A stretch of 64,000 nt of DNA from Amoebidium appalachense. Taxonomy: Eukaryota; Protista; Ichthyosporea. The notes under the pieces were generated by a model, which saw nothing but the letters and a program-made list of their open reading frames with translations, was not told the origin of the DNA and ran no database searches. A program made the position numbers and the translations under genes. The stretch covers positions 6,148,830 to 6,212,829 of the forward strand of contig CAVNZM010000008.1 in assembly GCA_963693365.1 (NCBI GenBank). The letters run 5' to 3'. Below, in pieces: positions 38,519-59,825 of the stretch; position 1 is the stretch's first letter, and every line of letters begins with the position of its first letter.

Positions 38519-39399
38519 AAGATAGGGTTTTTTGCGCGACCAATATATGTTTATTTTCGGGATGTGGAGATGAACCATAGATATAATAAGGGATACCGGG
38601 CACGTGAAATTTGGTGGATATTCACTGCATTACATACCATTGTAATTAAGTTAAACTCAGCTAGAATTATCCTGACTTGTAGAGTTATGAATGGCTGGTG
38701 GTCAAAAATGTTGTTGGATATATGAAGCACACTAGCACACTCAGCTAGGGTGTAGATATACTAATTGTAGATAAAAAGATTTGTTCCAGATAAATTACTA
38801 TGATTATGGTTTGCGCTGGCTGGCCTGGCCGGAATTGTAAAACGTGTTTGGAAAACATGAAAATATGAGATAAACTGAATTGGTCAAATTATAATATGTA
38901 CATACATATGTGAAATATTGAAATGTTGAAGTGCATAATATGTACACTGGCTGAAAAGGGCCAGTCTATCCCTCTGTCTGAAATTAAAATAATTGCACTT
39001 GGACATCGAGCGATGGTCACTGCGACTTGACCGATGCAAAGACAAAGGTGTGCATCCGCAAAATGCCGTGTGTGGTAATCACGATCATGCGTACAGTGTG
39101 CACGCGTACACGCACGCGCGCACACACACGTACACAGCGGGAGAGAGGGGGGGGAGGGGGGGGAGGGGGGGGAGGGGAGAGTGAGTGAGAGAGATCTAGA
39201 GAGAATGTGTGTGTATGCTTGAGAGAGAGAGAGGGAGGGAGGGAGGGGTGAGAGCTCTAAGAGCGAAAAGGAGAGAGAAAGAGAGGGAGAGAAAGGGGCC
39301 CAGGGGAGGGGGAGGGAGGGGGGGGGGGGGGGGGGGGGGGGGAGTGTGAGCCTAAAAGTTTCTGTGTGTGTGTGTGTGTGTGTTTGTATGTAAGAGAGG

Positions 39400-39517
<118 letters not shown>

Positions 39518-39634
39518 GGAGGGAGAGGGAGAGAGAGGGGGAGGTAGAGGGCGAGGGAGAGAGGGTGAGAGAGGGAGAGGGAGAGAGGGAGAGAGAGAGA
39601 GAGAGGGAGAGGGAGAGGGGGGGCGGGGAGGGGG

Positions 39635-39671
<37 letters not shown>

Positions 39672-39694
39672 CCTTCGGGAGAGAGGGGGAGGAG

Positions 39695-39729
<35 letters not shown>

Positions 39730-40569
39730 AGGGTACCATACTTTTGTGGTGCTCCTTCGCAGACACGGTATGCTACCGTGAACATATGCATTGAATTTCT
39801 ACAAGTATATTATTTTCTATGCGCTTTACTCTTACATGGCAAACAATATAGCAATCGTGGATCCCCATGGTTGAGCTCTTACATGTAGCTTTTAACCGTC
39901 CCACGGTAGAATCTTTGTTTTTGGTATATCTCGTTGGATATCCAGTAAAGCTGCCTAAGCGACTATCTCATTGTGTCTATATGGCAACTGTACTATATCC
40001 ATTCTTAACCCTGTCTCATGGCCCGATTTCATGGCCCGATTTCAATAGAAAGCATTTAGAATATTCACATTAAGGCCTAAATAATGACCGCGAGACCTTG
40101 TGCAATTGCAATATGGCATCCCTTTGCATCTACTGGTATATGATTAAGCGCCATCCCTTAAATGTGAGTCCATATGCCTTTTCACCATTTCAGAAGAGGG
40201 GCTGCAATAAGTTGCCGGGCCTTTTATTGTAGACCAGCGTGTACCATAAAAAAACTGGATATATCCGCTACCATATATATCATATAATGGTATTTAGTAC
40301 AAACTGATTATATGTGTTGACATCACACAGTCGCTTAATGGCAGGCTATGTCATTATGACCCAGGATCTGGTATATATATTCACCGCTGAAACGACACGA
40401 ACGATATCAAGAGGTTTTGATATATGTACGGACATATTCATCACAACTGAATTTCATGGCATAATCATATCGATTATTTTACCACTACAGCGATATGCAC
40501 ACAATCCATGCGGTCTATCCAGATTTTTTGCAAGACAGCGCTAAACTTTGAACAACAGTGCATAGATAT

Positions 40570-40609
40570 ATGATGTAATGATGTAATGATGTAATGATGT
40601 AATGATGTA
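40570..40609. repeat. (ATGATGTA)n 8-bp tandem repeat, ~5 units
   Basis: Seen directly in the sequence. Confidence 0.8.
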
Positions 40610-41063
40610 TATCCACATTAGATATCATCACGGTGAACACTTTGGTCACCAATTAATATTTTCAAGTTATCAGATGAATATTGACCGCGCAAATTTCTAC
40701 TACCTCGAGCGTAGACCTCGCAGCAACAAAGGCCCGCCAGCCGAGCCACTGGGTGCCCAAATTTCCAAAATGCGGGCGAGTATTCATGCTAGTCCAGTTG
40801 CATTCGTACCTCTACACGCCAGCATTTTAATATTCAATGCCACAAATACGACCTCCCGCTGGGAAATGTTTTGAATAGAGGAGATGTGTTGCAGCAAATT
40901 ACAAATACATATGTAATTGGGTCGCTTTGCAAAGGGATAATCCCTCCTACCAGAAATATGTTGTGGATAGAGGGGAATATATCACCAGGAATTACAGGAA
41001 TCTCTCTGTCACTATTAAACAAAAAGCCAATTCTTTTTAAATCAGTAAGGTCGTCACACACAA

Positions 41064-48524
<7,461 letters not shown>

Positions 48525-49693
48525 TCTCTTTTCGCTTATAGGACACTTTCAGTATGATAGAAATGTTCACACCCAGGGTACCTGTTCTACACCGGTGCAA
48601 AAGCTATTGATTTAAACAGAGACATGCAAGACGAAGTACCTATGTATTCAGGCGTTATTTTTGAACTTTAACATACCATTTCTATTGCTGAAGTGCCTTT
48701 AAAGATTATAAATTCGTAGCTGTTTTTACGTGCTACGAAGTGCTATTTTCCAGTAGGAGTTGTCCCGTGTGTGTTGCTTTTGTTACGTGACAAACCTCAG
48801 GCACATCGCTACTGTATGTGCAAATGGTATTGAGAGCATGCAAACCTTACTTCTTTCAAGGATTAATAACAAAAGTCTAGAAAGTCAAGTAAATGCACAA
48901 TGAATGCTGTCATGAAACACAAAAAAATCTACAATTGTAAAAGGTATGGGTGCCGGACTCGTTGCAACTACAATACATTTTGTACATTGCCAAAGGGCAA
49001 CTTGCTCAACTTGGCAACTTGGCAAGTTCCAGCCCTGGTTCAAAAAAAAAGATCTGCTTGCAACCAATAGCATGCGGCTCAGTCGCAGGGTGTGAGGTGA
49101 TGAAACATTGAATGACGAAAAAAAATAAAACCATTGTCCCCCGGAGGCCCGGAAAGGGTGAAGCGAATGCTTTTTTTATCGAAAGCTACAGCTTTTCTCA
49201 TTTTTCGAAATACTTATCAGGAGAACGCATGCTTTTTTCTAATATTGCACCGGCCTTTCAAGCACTCGATTCTTTTCGCCCTTGGGATGTTTCTTCCCCT
49301 GTCGGGGTTACAAATTGTTCTTGTTAAAAGTTGGAATGTCATCCAACATTGCAGCTGATATTAAATTGGACAGAGTCTAATTTTTCTTTTAAAAAAAATT
49401 AGATGGTTGCAATCGATTCGAAATAAACTTTTTACTTTTTTTATCTTTTCTTGCTTTTCGCCGGCAGCAACCACGTAACTGGAGCCTGGCCTGCATGCCT
49501 CGCTCACGCCTGTACGCACGCACTGTGTCCGTGGCACCCCAGTGTCCCACACACACGCACACGCGCACACGCGCACGAGCACATGCGCACACTCGCACGC
49601 GCACGTGCGCATACGCATGCACACCCACACCCACACTCACACTCACACCGGATGTGGGTGGGGCACCCACCTCCGGAGCTAGCGAGGGCCCCT

Positions 49694-49725
<32 letters not shown>

Positions 49726-51028
49726 GGGGGGGGGGGGGGGGGGAGGGGGAGGGGAGGGGGGGGGGAGGGGGAGGGAGGGGGGGGGGGGGGGGGGGACTCA
49801 CGGGGGAGAGGAGCCCGGAGGGGGGGGGGGGGGGCGGAGGGGGGAAGGGAGCCGGGGGGGGGGGGGGGGGGGATCCAGACACGCGCACACACGCACACAC
49901 ACACACGCACACATACACGCACGCACACACATACAGTGTCACGCACGCACGCATACACGGGTGCACAGTTACACTACACACATGCGCACGCATACATGCA
50001 CATGTACACACAAACAAACACAAACCCAGGCACACACCAGACACACACACACACGCATACACACCGGATACGGGTGGGGCACTCAACCTCCAGCTAGCAG
50101 GGAGGGGGGTGAGGGGGAGGGGGCGCGGGGCCCGTGAATGAGAGGGGGAGGGGGGGGGGGGGGGGGGGGGGGAGAAGGGATTGTAGTATGATCGGGAAGT
50201 TTTTAGACTGCGGCAAAGTTTTGCACTGACAATCAGTAGTACCATGAGTCATGTTTTTTTGCCACCTCACTGACCATCCCCCCATTGCTTCCCCTCCCCC
50301 CCCCCCCCCTGCCGCCGCCGCCGCTCCGCATCACTCATGACTGGATGTAGGGGGAAATAGGGAAGCCTATATTTTTAAAAAACGAGGCTCAGAGGTGTAG
50401 GTTTGGTTGGAAGGACAGGGGGGAAAGGCGGTGGGGAGCCTCAGGGGAAGGGGGGGGGGGGGGGGGGGGGGAGGGGGGGGGGGGGGGGGGGGGGGGGGTA
50501 AACGCAAACTGGTACATATTTTTTGCTTTCCCTTTATGTAGTTTGTGCCGCTTCTAGTACTAGATCTGTGTACATGGACAAGTCTACACAAGCCTACTTT
50601 TAAATCATTGCCAAGTTGTTTTGTTTGTACATACAGTAGATGCATTGCCTTTTGGGGTATATATATATATGGGGGGGGGGGGGGGGGGGGGGGGGGGTGT
50701 TCTTGATGCAAACGTGGGATAGGAGTGATGCCAGTAGTTGAGTCCCTGAAAATGAATGAAAAAAAAAGAAGTCCTTGCCTGTACTTGTAGTTGGAAACGG
50801 GTAGTGGTCGTGTGGGAAGTAGCAACTTGATTCCAGGGGGGGGGGGGGGGGGGCTTGGGGAGGGTTACGCTGTTGGCTATTAAAAAACTTGATCCAAATA
50901 TCATGATGGTATATTGAAGGGTTGGAGGGGGGAGCGGTTTTGTATTCTGTGTGTGTGTGTGCATGCCCTCGCGCGCACAGTGTGTGTGTGTGTGTGTGTG
51001 TGCGTGTGCGTGCGTGTGCGCGTGTGTG

Positions 51029-51197
<169 letters not shown>

Positions 51198-52938
51198 GTG
51201 TGTGCGTGCGTGTGTGTGTGGGCGTGTGTGTGTGTGTGTGTTTGTGTGAGTGTGTGTCTGTGTCTGTGTCTGTGTCTTCTGGGGGGCGGGGAGGGAGGGG
51301 GGAAGGAGGGGGGGGGGGGGGGGGGGGGGGGAGGGGCTGGTTGGTAACTATGCACCGTTAACTATAAGAGTCAGTACATTCGTTTCGATGCAAGCAAGTA
51401 AATCACAAAATGCCGAGTAACGAACAAGTAAACGTAAAAAGTTGTGCAGACAGAACTTCGAATTCACTGGGATGAGAGAACCCACTCACTGGGGGGTGCT
51501 GGTAGTATCAATACTTTTCTTGTCCGGTGGGTTATTTATTATAGAATTTATTTGGCCTTAAGTTATTTACTGATGTTTATCATTATTGGGGGGGAGGGGG
51601 AGGGGGGGCTCAAAGACTCGGGATTAGAGAGAGGTGGGGGGAGAGGGGGGGGGGGGCCGGAGAGTACAGGTGGGGTCTGGGAGGGGGGAGGAGATTAGGA
51701 TGCACTATTGAAACCAAAAGAGTATTAAATTACGCATTCACGACGGACAACACAAAACGCGCGAGGGAGACGGATAGAGAAAGACAAATTGAAGAGAGAA
51801 ATTCCAGGAGGGAGGGAGTCTCAGAGGGGGTGTGTTTTTTCTTGTTGTGCTTTGACCCTCACAAGGAAAGAGAAGGGGAGCGATGGAGGGGGGGGAGAGG
51901 GGAGGAGGGGGAGGGAGAGAGAGCCCCCCCCCCCCCCCCCCCCCCCCCCTCACTCCCCCCTCCCCACACACACTCACACATTTATGCCCTCTTGTCACAC
52001 GTTGGCCGAGTTTCCGTGCCTTCAGCGCTGTCTTGTGCACTTCCAAGTTTTCTGTTTGTGCTCCAGTTCTTTGTGTCCTTCTGTCTGTCTGTGTACGAGT
52101 AACTAATTTGTCTTGTATGTCCATGCATTGCCTGGGAGTGTTATCTTTCCTCGTATTTGAAGGCACTATAGCTAGCTTTCCCAGTATGTATATACCCACC
52201 TTCCATGATGATCGAGCCCAGACATTCCTAAGATTACACGTGAGCATCTGATTGGATAACGCTCAGCCGAATCAAGATGACGACATTCCACAACACGGTA
52301 TATAACCAAACCCTTCGGGTCACTTTGATCATCAATACACAAACTGAACCGTTCCGCGTAAAGCCTACACAAGTGACTCACACCTCGAAAGCCAATCCAC
52401 CGAAAACAAAACCCCTTCGAATTCGCTTCCGTATACTTTTTTTCTTTCCACAAAAATGGCCGCCGCCCTCGTCCTCCAGTCCACCGCCGCTCTTGCGTCT
52501 GCTCTGACCTCCTTCGGTTACCCGATGACATGTGGCCTGTGTGCCGGACTGCAAGGCAACGTATGACGTCACCAACAGTCTCCCGGCCCTGCGCGCTTGC
52601 GTCAAAAGCTGCGCTCAAACAGCCCTTTCCTTCAAAGACACAGACGGCATTCCAATTGCAGTTGGCCGGAGAGCTGCCGTTGTCGCAGCGGGCGCCGCAC
52701 CCGTAACGGTGCCCAGCGCCCAGGACGGGGTGCCCTTGGCGGGAGGTGCATTCCGAAAGCCCGTATGCTTACCGAACATGTACACAGCCAGAGGCGAGGC
52801 AGAGCCCGGGGCTGTGGGGTCTGTGGGTACGGCAAAGCACCGCCTACAGGCCAGGTTCGCACTCAAGTCTGGGCGGGGGATGGGTGGTGCTTAGACGCCC
52901 CAAGACACAGACGACATTCCAACTGCAGTTGGCCAGAG

Positions 52939-53164
52939 ACACACACCAGTTTAAACGGTCATGTATCGCCAAATGTAGTTTGATAGACCACATAATACCG
53001 CAACACACACACGTCACATTCACAACAGACACCCAGAAAGATAGCCTACCTGTAAATTACAACATCCTTGATTTTATACTAAACACGCGTAACTACGACC
53101 TGTTAATTAGATGTATTGATTGGCTTGAGAAACACATCACTACAAAATTCTAGCGCACGCACAC

Positions 53165-53258
<94 letters not shown>

Positions 53259-53286
53259 CCAGCTGATACCGAGTGTCCCAGGGGAG

Positions 53287-53327
<41 letters not shown>

Positions 53328-53542
53328 AAAAAAAAAAAAAAAAAAACGGGGAACCCCAACTAATTGATTTTTCTTAGTCTTTATGGTGTCTCGTAGAGAA
53401 AGTAAACCCTGATATATAGTCATCACCCGACATCTATGTACGTGATCATGATATACCGCTGAGGGGATATTCCGAGCTAAAACTCCCCATACCTGAGTAT
53501 TGAGACTGGTCTCTCTTTGCGTCGAGTAAACAGCGTAAACCC
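52939..53542 (+). mobile_element. 5'-truncated copy of the non-LTR element (ORF2 end plus 3' UTR)
   Basis: Near-identical to ~62797-63352 (HQF(K/N)RSCIAKCSLIDHIIPQ...WLEKHITTK, (CA)n, internal poly-A, ends GAGTAAACAGCGTAAACCC). Confidence 0.93.
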
Positions 53543-55272
53543 CGGTTTATATGTATGTTTTTAGGTCATTCCCAAGCCCAAATCATATGGATCCGGCCTA
53601 ATTAGAAGACTACTAGCTAGTATACACGCATTGTTAATAGTAAGAGTAGTAGCCATAAAACATGTACGAGATTGTATCCGGCACATCCAGGGATCAATTG
53701 CAATATTGCATGCATTCCGGCATTCCATTTGCGTGAAAACAAAGATACAGCAATGCAATTGTAGGTTCGATAAGAGCCATATACGTATACTCCCACCTGA
53801 GTCAGAAGCATCCGTCATCTGATTATCTCACAGACTAACTTAAACTGGTCTAATATGCAGGCCTAGTACTCTAGTGTTAACGGTCATCTGCGCATGCATG
53901 CCCACCTCTAACATTATCTGTCTGTGTATGCTGAGTATATGTGAGGTTGAGTTGCCTTCTCTGCTCAGACGCAAGCACACACGCATGTGCCATGTACACG
54001 GTGTAATTACGCCCGGGGGGGTAAAGGGGGAGGGGGAGGGGGGGGAGGGGGGGAGGGGGGGGAGGGGGGAGGGGGGGTTGGAACCTCAAGCTCAGAGATA
54101 GGTTGTATATCTGTTTGTGTAACTGTGTTGCAGCCCCGAGAATTCAAGGCAACTAATAATGCAGGATGCAATTTATCATGGCACACAAACACGCAAAAAC
54201 AACAGTATGCTTTACACACACACATCCGAAGTCACAGCAGGCACATAAATGTGTGCGTGCCAGCGTGTACATGTGTATGTGCATGCATGTGTGCGTGTGA
54301 GTGTGTGTATGCCTGCATGTGTAACGGCGGGTGTGCCAGCAAGCGTCTTTCTCCTGGCCATCTGTTTAGTGTGTATGTAAGTGTGGCTTTGAATCCGGAT
54401 TTGTCTCTACGCATACGCTTACAGTGTGTGTCACAGTGCTTGGATGCAGGATCTTCGTGATGCCTTTGTAGTGTGTGCATGTGTGTTTGTTGTCTGCATG
54501 CTTGCCTGTGTGTGTGTTGGTTTGTTTTTGTTTGTGTGTGTGTTTGTACATGTGTGGGGGACGAGAGGGGGATCAGGTGTGTGTGTTCTTGATGCAAACG
54601 TGGGGTAGCTGCGGCTAGAGGTGAAGCCAGTGGTTTCCTAGACGGGCGGACAAAAAAGGAAAGTTCAATGCGCACATGTTCTTGCGGTTGAAAGGAGATT
54701 GATGGTGGTCGCTTGGCAAGTGGCGAATCTATCAGGAGAGGGGGAGGGGGGAGAGAGAGGGTGGGGGGGGGGGTACCGTCAATAGCCATAAGAAATTATT
54801 AATCAGTTAGGACAGGTTTTTTGTTTATTTTTATCTCTTTATTTTTTTGAGCAGAGGCGCCGGGGGGGGGGGGGGGGGGGGGGGGAGGGGGGGGGGGAGG
54901 GGGGGAGGGGGGGAGGGGGGGGGGGGGGAGGGGGAGGGAATCGTGTTGCGCCCGCGCGTGTTCAGTGTGTGTGTGTCGGTCTGTTTGGGGGGGGGGGGGG
55001 GGGGAGGGGGGGTTTAAAGGGGAATGGAGGGGTAGGTAAGGGATGGGCAGTAAAATAAAGGACAAAGGACCGTATACTTTTTACAAGACCAGCAAATACA
55101 CTACATAAGACTGAGTAATAAACAAGCAAACGAATAGAGTTTTGCATGCAGATCTAGAAGACACTGATACAGCACCCACTCAATGACATCGATGGTTATA
55201 GTTTCCTGGTGTTATTATTACAAGTGTGTTATTATTACAAGTGTTTTTTTTTATTGGGGAGAGGGGGGGGAA

Positions 55273-55305
<33 letters not shown>

Positions 55306-55456
55306 AGGCTTAGAAGAGGGGTGGGAAGGGGCAGGGAAGGAGGGGATATTACCGATTAGCGATTTCGAAATCAATTACGGTACAGGTGCACATTCACGAC
55401 GGACAACACAATGCGTACGAAAGAGTGTTAGGGGGGGAGAGGGAGAGAGATTAAGT

Positions 55457-55514
<58 letters not shown>

Positions 55515-55670
55515 AGAAAGAGAGAGAGAAAGAGAATGAGAGCGAGAAAGATAGGAGGGGGGGGGGGGGGGGAGAGAGAAGGGGGGGGGGGGGGGGAGAC
55601 GTATAGGGGTATTATTATTGCTACTCGATTCTCTCTTCAAACCCCGAGTTAAACGCGTCCATCGGACGAG

Positions 55671-56120
55671 TTGATGGTGTTGATGATGTTTTTCTGCTGT
55701 CGCGAACTACGCCAATACTACATGGACCAGTGTAAAACGCTCGTTCTGATGAGCGTTCTGTTCGGCGTTAAGCGCATAATGGCGGAGGCTTCAAACATCA
55801 GTTTTTTAACCACCTCGTTAATTTATAACATAATGTTCGAGTTGGGGATAGTGGCGAATTGTCTAGTTATGATGGTCTGCATGTATAATGCTTACACCTC
55901 TATCCGTCGCGCACGACTCGCACCAACCGTTCACCCGTCAAAGATGTCGGTGGTTTGTGACCAACCGAGTGGTTCGGCCAATCGGAACGCGGAGCAGGAG
56001 GGCAGAGCCAATCAGGAGGTCGAATACGCTTTGCAAGAGGCCCTGGTGTTTGGAAACGAAGTGAGGGTTAAGAAAGGCCAAAGGGAGCAGCCACCGGGTG
56101 GGGATGTAATCGTATATTAA
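55671..56120 (+). CDS. Isolated ORF/terminal exon with two hydrophobic helices and a polar tail; upstream exons not found
   Basis: High-complexity 149-codon ORF (TLVLMSVLFGV; LIYNIMFELGIVANCLVMMVCMY). An in-frame stop at 55650 means it is either a spliced last exon or a fragment. Confidence 0.4.
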   Translation: MMVLMMFFCCRELRQYYMDQCKTLVLMSVLFGVKRIMAEASNISFLTTSLIYNIMFELGIVANCLVMMVCMYNAYTSIRRARLAPTVHPSKMSVVCDQPSGSANRNAEQEGRANQEVEYALQEALVFGNEVRVKKGQREQPPGGDVIVY

Positions 56121-56759
56121 ATGTTAATAGACTGAAAATAGTGGGAAGATGATCGCCGTATAAAGACGTTTGTAAATGTTTCCCCCCCCCTTCCCAGAGT
56201 GCGAAGGGATACTATTATTAGATCTATTAAAAACGATGTTCTGATGCTTGTCACAAGACTTACGACCGTTTCTTTCTTTTTTTTTTTTTTTTTCTTTTTT
56301 TTTTGTTTCGGCACCACTATTTATATTTCTATTGAAAATTTCGCTAAACACGGGTTCTGCAGTGTTTGTCTAGATCTTTTGCTGAACTCGGCTCAGGCTC
56401 ATAATTAAATTTAATGGTAAGTAGTTGAAAAAAAAAGGTTAGAAACGATCCGTCAAAAGATATTATAAGAGGCACACAGTGATCAGTAGAAGGCATGAAG
56501 CCGGCAGCTTAAGTTGTCACCATGATGTATTGTGCGCCTGGGGTACCTCTGGTTTCAAAAGTGCGTGAAGGTGCGGGAAAATGCACCATTGTCCAAAATA
56601 TAAAGTGCGTAGGCCAAACTTGCTACGGACAATGCTCCAAGTGAGTTGTATCTGAGTAAATGTTCTTTGCACCTTTCTTGTAGGGTCCAACCACATTAGC
56701 AAAATTAACCTGCCCCGGGATGAATGAATCTTCACAAAGAGCATAATTGATCTTCTTTT

Positions 56760-57032
56760 CGCAGAATCAATTTTGCAAAAGCAGAATAATTCTGCAAAAA
56801 GCTGAGTTTAGATGTCTCGAGCAGGAAAAAAAAGAAGAATCATTCTGCTTGGAGCATGTTTATTCTGCTGTCGTGAGCAGAACAAGTCTGCCTGTTGCAG
56901 AATAGTTTTAACTGCTCAAGAGGAATAAATCTGCTGGTGTCAGAGTAATTCCGCTTTTACTGAATAATTCTGCTGCAGGGCTTCATTCTGCTACAAGCAG
57001 AATAATTCTGCTCGGGGCAAGTTGATTCTGCT
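56760..57032. repeat. Array of degenerate 15-bp palindromes GCAGAAT(A)ATTCTGC
   Basis: Perfect copies at 56781-56795 and 56997-57011, plus about ten degenerate copies at ~20-bp spacing. Confidence 0.75.
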
Positions 57033-58640
57033 GATATGCAACGGATGGCATGCTCTTCTCCAACCTGCTCTATTCCCCACCTCCGAGGCCTCCATATTCA
57101 CTTCTTACCCCTTCCCCCCCCCCCCCTCCCCCTCCCTCCTCCCTCCCTCCAACCCCCCCCCCCCCCCCCCCTCCCCCTCCCCCCAAACACACACATACAA
57201 ACACACACCAGCTGGCATACGGAACACAAAGACACCCACACACACACGCGCAAACAGCAAACATACACAACTTGGCATAAACTTTAAGAACACTACCCAG
57301 CCACACCATTCAGTAAATAAAATGTTTTCTTCTCGGGGTACCGGTGCTTTCAACTTTACGATTTCTTTGGTGATTATTCCGTTTTCAATTGGTGTATCAT
57401 AGTAATGATGTGTACATGCATTATGTGGCAACCAGGAAACGAAGAATTGCATTGCCACATGCGTACCTGACCCGCGCTAGTGCATGTCTTGCAGTATGAC
57501 ACACACAAACTTTGAAACCTAGATTTTGGGTGAAATGGCCCAATATTCCACAGGCAAATTCCTCTAATATATGGAGCCTTCAAGTACTCACATTCTGGAT
57601 ACCCCCCCCCCCCCCCACCCTCTCCCCATCCATCCGCATCCCCCCCCCCCCCCCCCCCCTTCACCCCTCCGGCCCTTCCCCACCTCCCCCCTTTCCCCAC
57701 CTCCCCCACCTCCCTCCACCTCCCCCCTCATGCAAATCAATAAATTTTAAAGCAATTACCTTAATTAAAGTTTCCCGGAATTTGCACCAGTCTTGGGTAT
57801 TTATGTTTAACCCCTTAAGGCACATTGTGCTACTACTACATATGAGCCCCCCCCCCCCCCCCCCTCCTCCTCTCTCCCTCCCTCTCCCCCTTCCTTCCTC
57901 TCTCCTGCCCTCTTCCCATCCACCCACCCTCCCACCCACCCACCCTCCCTCCTTCAGCGGCCTCCCTCCCCCCCTCCCCCCTGAGGCTCCCTCCCTCCCT
58001 CGCTCCCTCCATCCCTCCCTCCCTCCCTCCCTCCCTCCCCAGCTCCCTCCCTCCTCGCCTCCTGCCAAACGAAAGTCTATGAAAAACTTTCTTTATTGCC
58101 TCTAAGAGCCTCTAAGTATGCCGTGCATATCTACAACTCCATCGGTTTAATGAATACAGTCTGTTTCCCCCCCCCAAAAAAGGCATACACGCACTCCCAC
58201 CACACACATATATTCACCGACACCTACATGCCACACACGCACATACGCACACAGCATTTATTGCTTGCAAGCACGCAAGCACACGCACGCACACACGCAC
58301 ACGCGCATACATTCACACGCGCACACGCGCACTGCACACACGTGTACATCAGAGGCTCGCTCTTTCCACGGCCCATGTGTTCAGAGGGCCGTGCTCGAGC
58401 TTCGTTCAAGAATGCAGCCTGTGGCTCACAGACCCAGCCCCCATCAGTTGGCGTACTGTATAACGTAGCTGATATTTAACCAATAAGGGTGAGCTTCCAG
58501 TCGCACACATCGATTCAGTCGCACACATCGATTCAAATGTCGCTCTTTATTATCTGCTAATAAATAGTATCCTTCGCGCATCCACCCCTAAACCAGGCCA
58601 TCCGTGGCCCTAAGGGCCGGGGAACACCCCCATCCATGTC

Positions 58641-59825
58641 ATGGCACATGCCTATAATCGTTTCAGAACCTCTTTCAAAGTTCCATCTACACCCATCACA
58701 CATGTGCGACCATTAAAACGTCCAGCAGATACACCTACCACAGATGCACAACCAGAAAAACATCGCCTTAGACTAAGCGCAACACCTATTTACAATACAC
58801 TACCCATTCAGAATAACACCACACCACTCCGTAGAAACACAATAACAACCATGCCGAAACTTTCGGTTGATACAGTACTGGCAGAACTTGCCCTCGTTAA
58901 GAAACAGCTAAATGAGCTGTTACCACTCAAGAACATGATAGAAAAACTCCAAACAGAAAATACCCAACTCAAGCTCACCATTGATTCACTCACAGCCCAG
59001 CTAAACATTAGTGGATCGCAAAACCCCAAAACTCATGAGCAAACATCTCGCGACGGAGACATTTCCACCCCAACACAAAACAACACAGGACCGGAAGCAC
59101 AGCTCCCGGCAGAGTTCCTAGAATATGCGAACTCTCGTAAAACACCCGAGCTCCGCCAAATTGCCAAGGAAACATATGCCAGCATTCTTGCAGGCAACGA
59201 GTACCGCCGCAACTCCCCTCCCAAACCGCCGGCTAAGGGGAACACCCAAGCAAACGGTAACATCAACATCCCACCCAAATACGAGAGGGTGTATTTCAAA
59301 GTCAAGCACGGCAGACGCCCACACAGGGCCATGTGGTCCATCTTCAAGGCTCTCGGCTTCCGGTGCTCTCGCATCCTTTGTCTGTCCTTCATTGGATACG
59401 ATGTGCTGGAAGTAGCAGTACGGGGCGACTATAACCGTGCGTTCATCCGTGACGCGACAAAGGGGTGTGGAAGCTTCTTCACCCACCTCCCAAGCTACGA
59501 CCCATGCGCGCCGGAAAACATTCAGAAAGCAGACAAAGAACGTAAAGTGTCTGCTAAGAATGCGTGCGCCACACGTTGTCGTGTACGCATCAGCAAGGCA
59601 AAAGAGTTCCTCGCAAAGTTGGAAAACGATGCTACGAGCGTGATAGACACGGACACGAAGGAACCAATGTTTTCTGGTGAGAAACTGCTCGAGCGCAAAC
59701 GCCGATGCGAGATGGAAATCGAGCTCTTCTGCGAACTGTTCGCGCTGGCGGAAGGTCGTGCATACGACCCCGTAAGCGACAAGTGGGAACCAACCCCACA
59801 GGTGTCGGACCAAACCGATGCCTAA
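58641..59825 (+). CDS. Non-LTR retrotransposon ORF1 (coiled coil plus basic alpha/beta domain)
   Basis: 394-aa intronless ORF directly upstream of and overlapping ORF2; heptad region LAELALVKKQLNELLPLKNMIEKLQTENTQLKLTIDSL and TYASIL motif; no CCHC knuckle. Confidence 0.8.
   Translation: MAHAYNRFRTSFKVPSTPITHVRPLKRPADTPTTDAQPEKHRLRLSATPIYNTLPIQNNTTPLRRNTITTMPKLSVDTVLAELALVKKQLNELLPLKNMIEKLQTENTQLKLTIDSLTAQLNISGSQNPKTHEQTSRDGDISTPTQNNTGPEAQLPAEFLEYANSRKTPELRQIAKETYASILAGNEYRRNSPPKPPAKGNTQANGNINIPPKYERVYFKVKHGRRPHRAMWSIFKALGFRCSRILCLSFIGYDVLEVAVRGDYNRAFIRDATKGCGSFFTHLPSYDPCAPENIQKADKERKVSAKNACATRCRVRISKAKEFLAKLENDATSVIDTDTKEPMFSGEKLLERKRRCEMEIELFCELFALAEGRAYDPVSDKWEPTPQVSDQTDA

Noticed and set aside
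56760-57032. Mini-CRISPR
   Set aside because: The repeats are degenerate and the spacers only ~5-8 nt.
58560-58640. Ribozyme in the LINE 5' UTR (hairpins GGCCCTAAGGGCC and GGGGAACACCCC)
   Set aside because: Only small hairpins; HDV or pistol topology could not be completed by eye.
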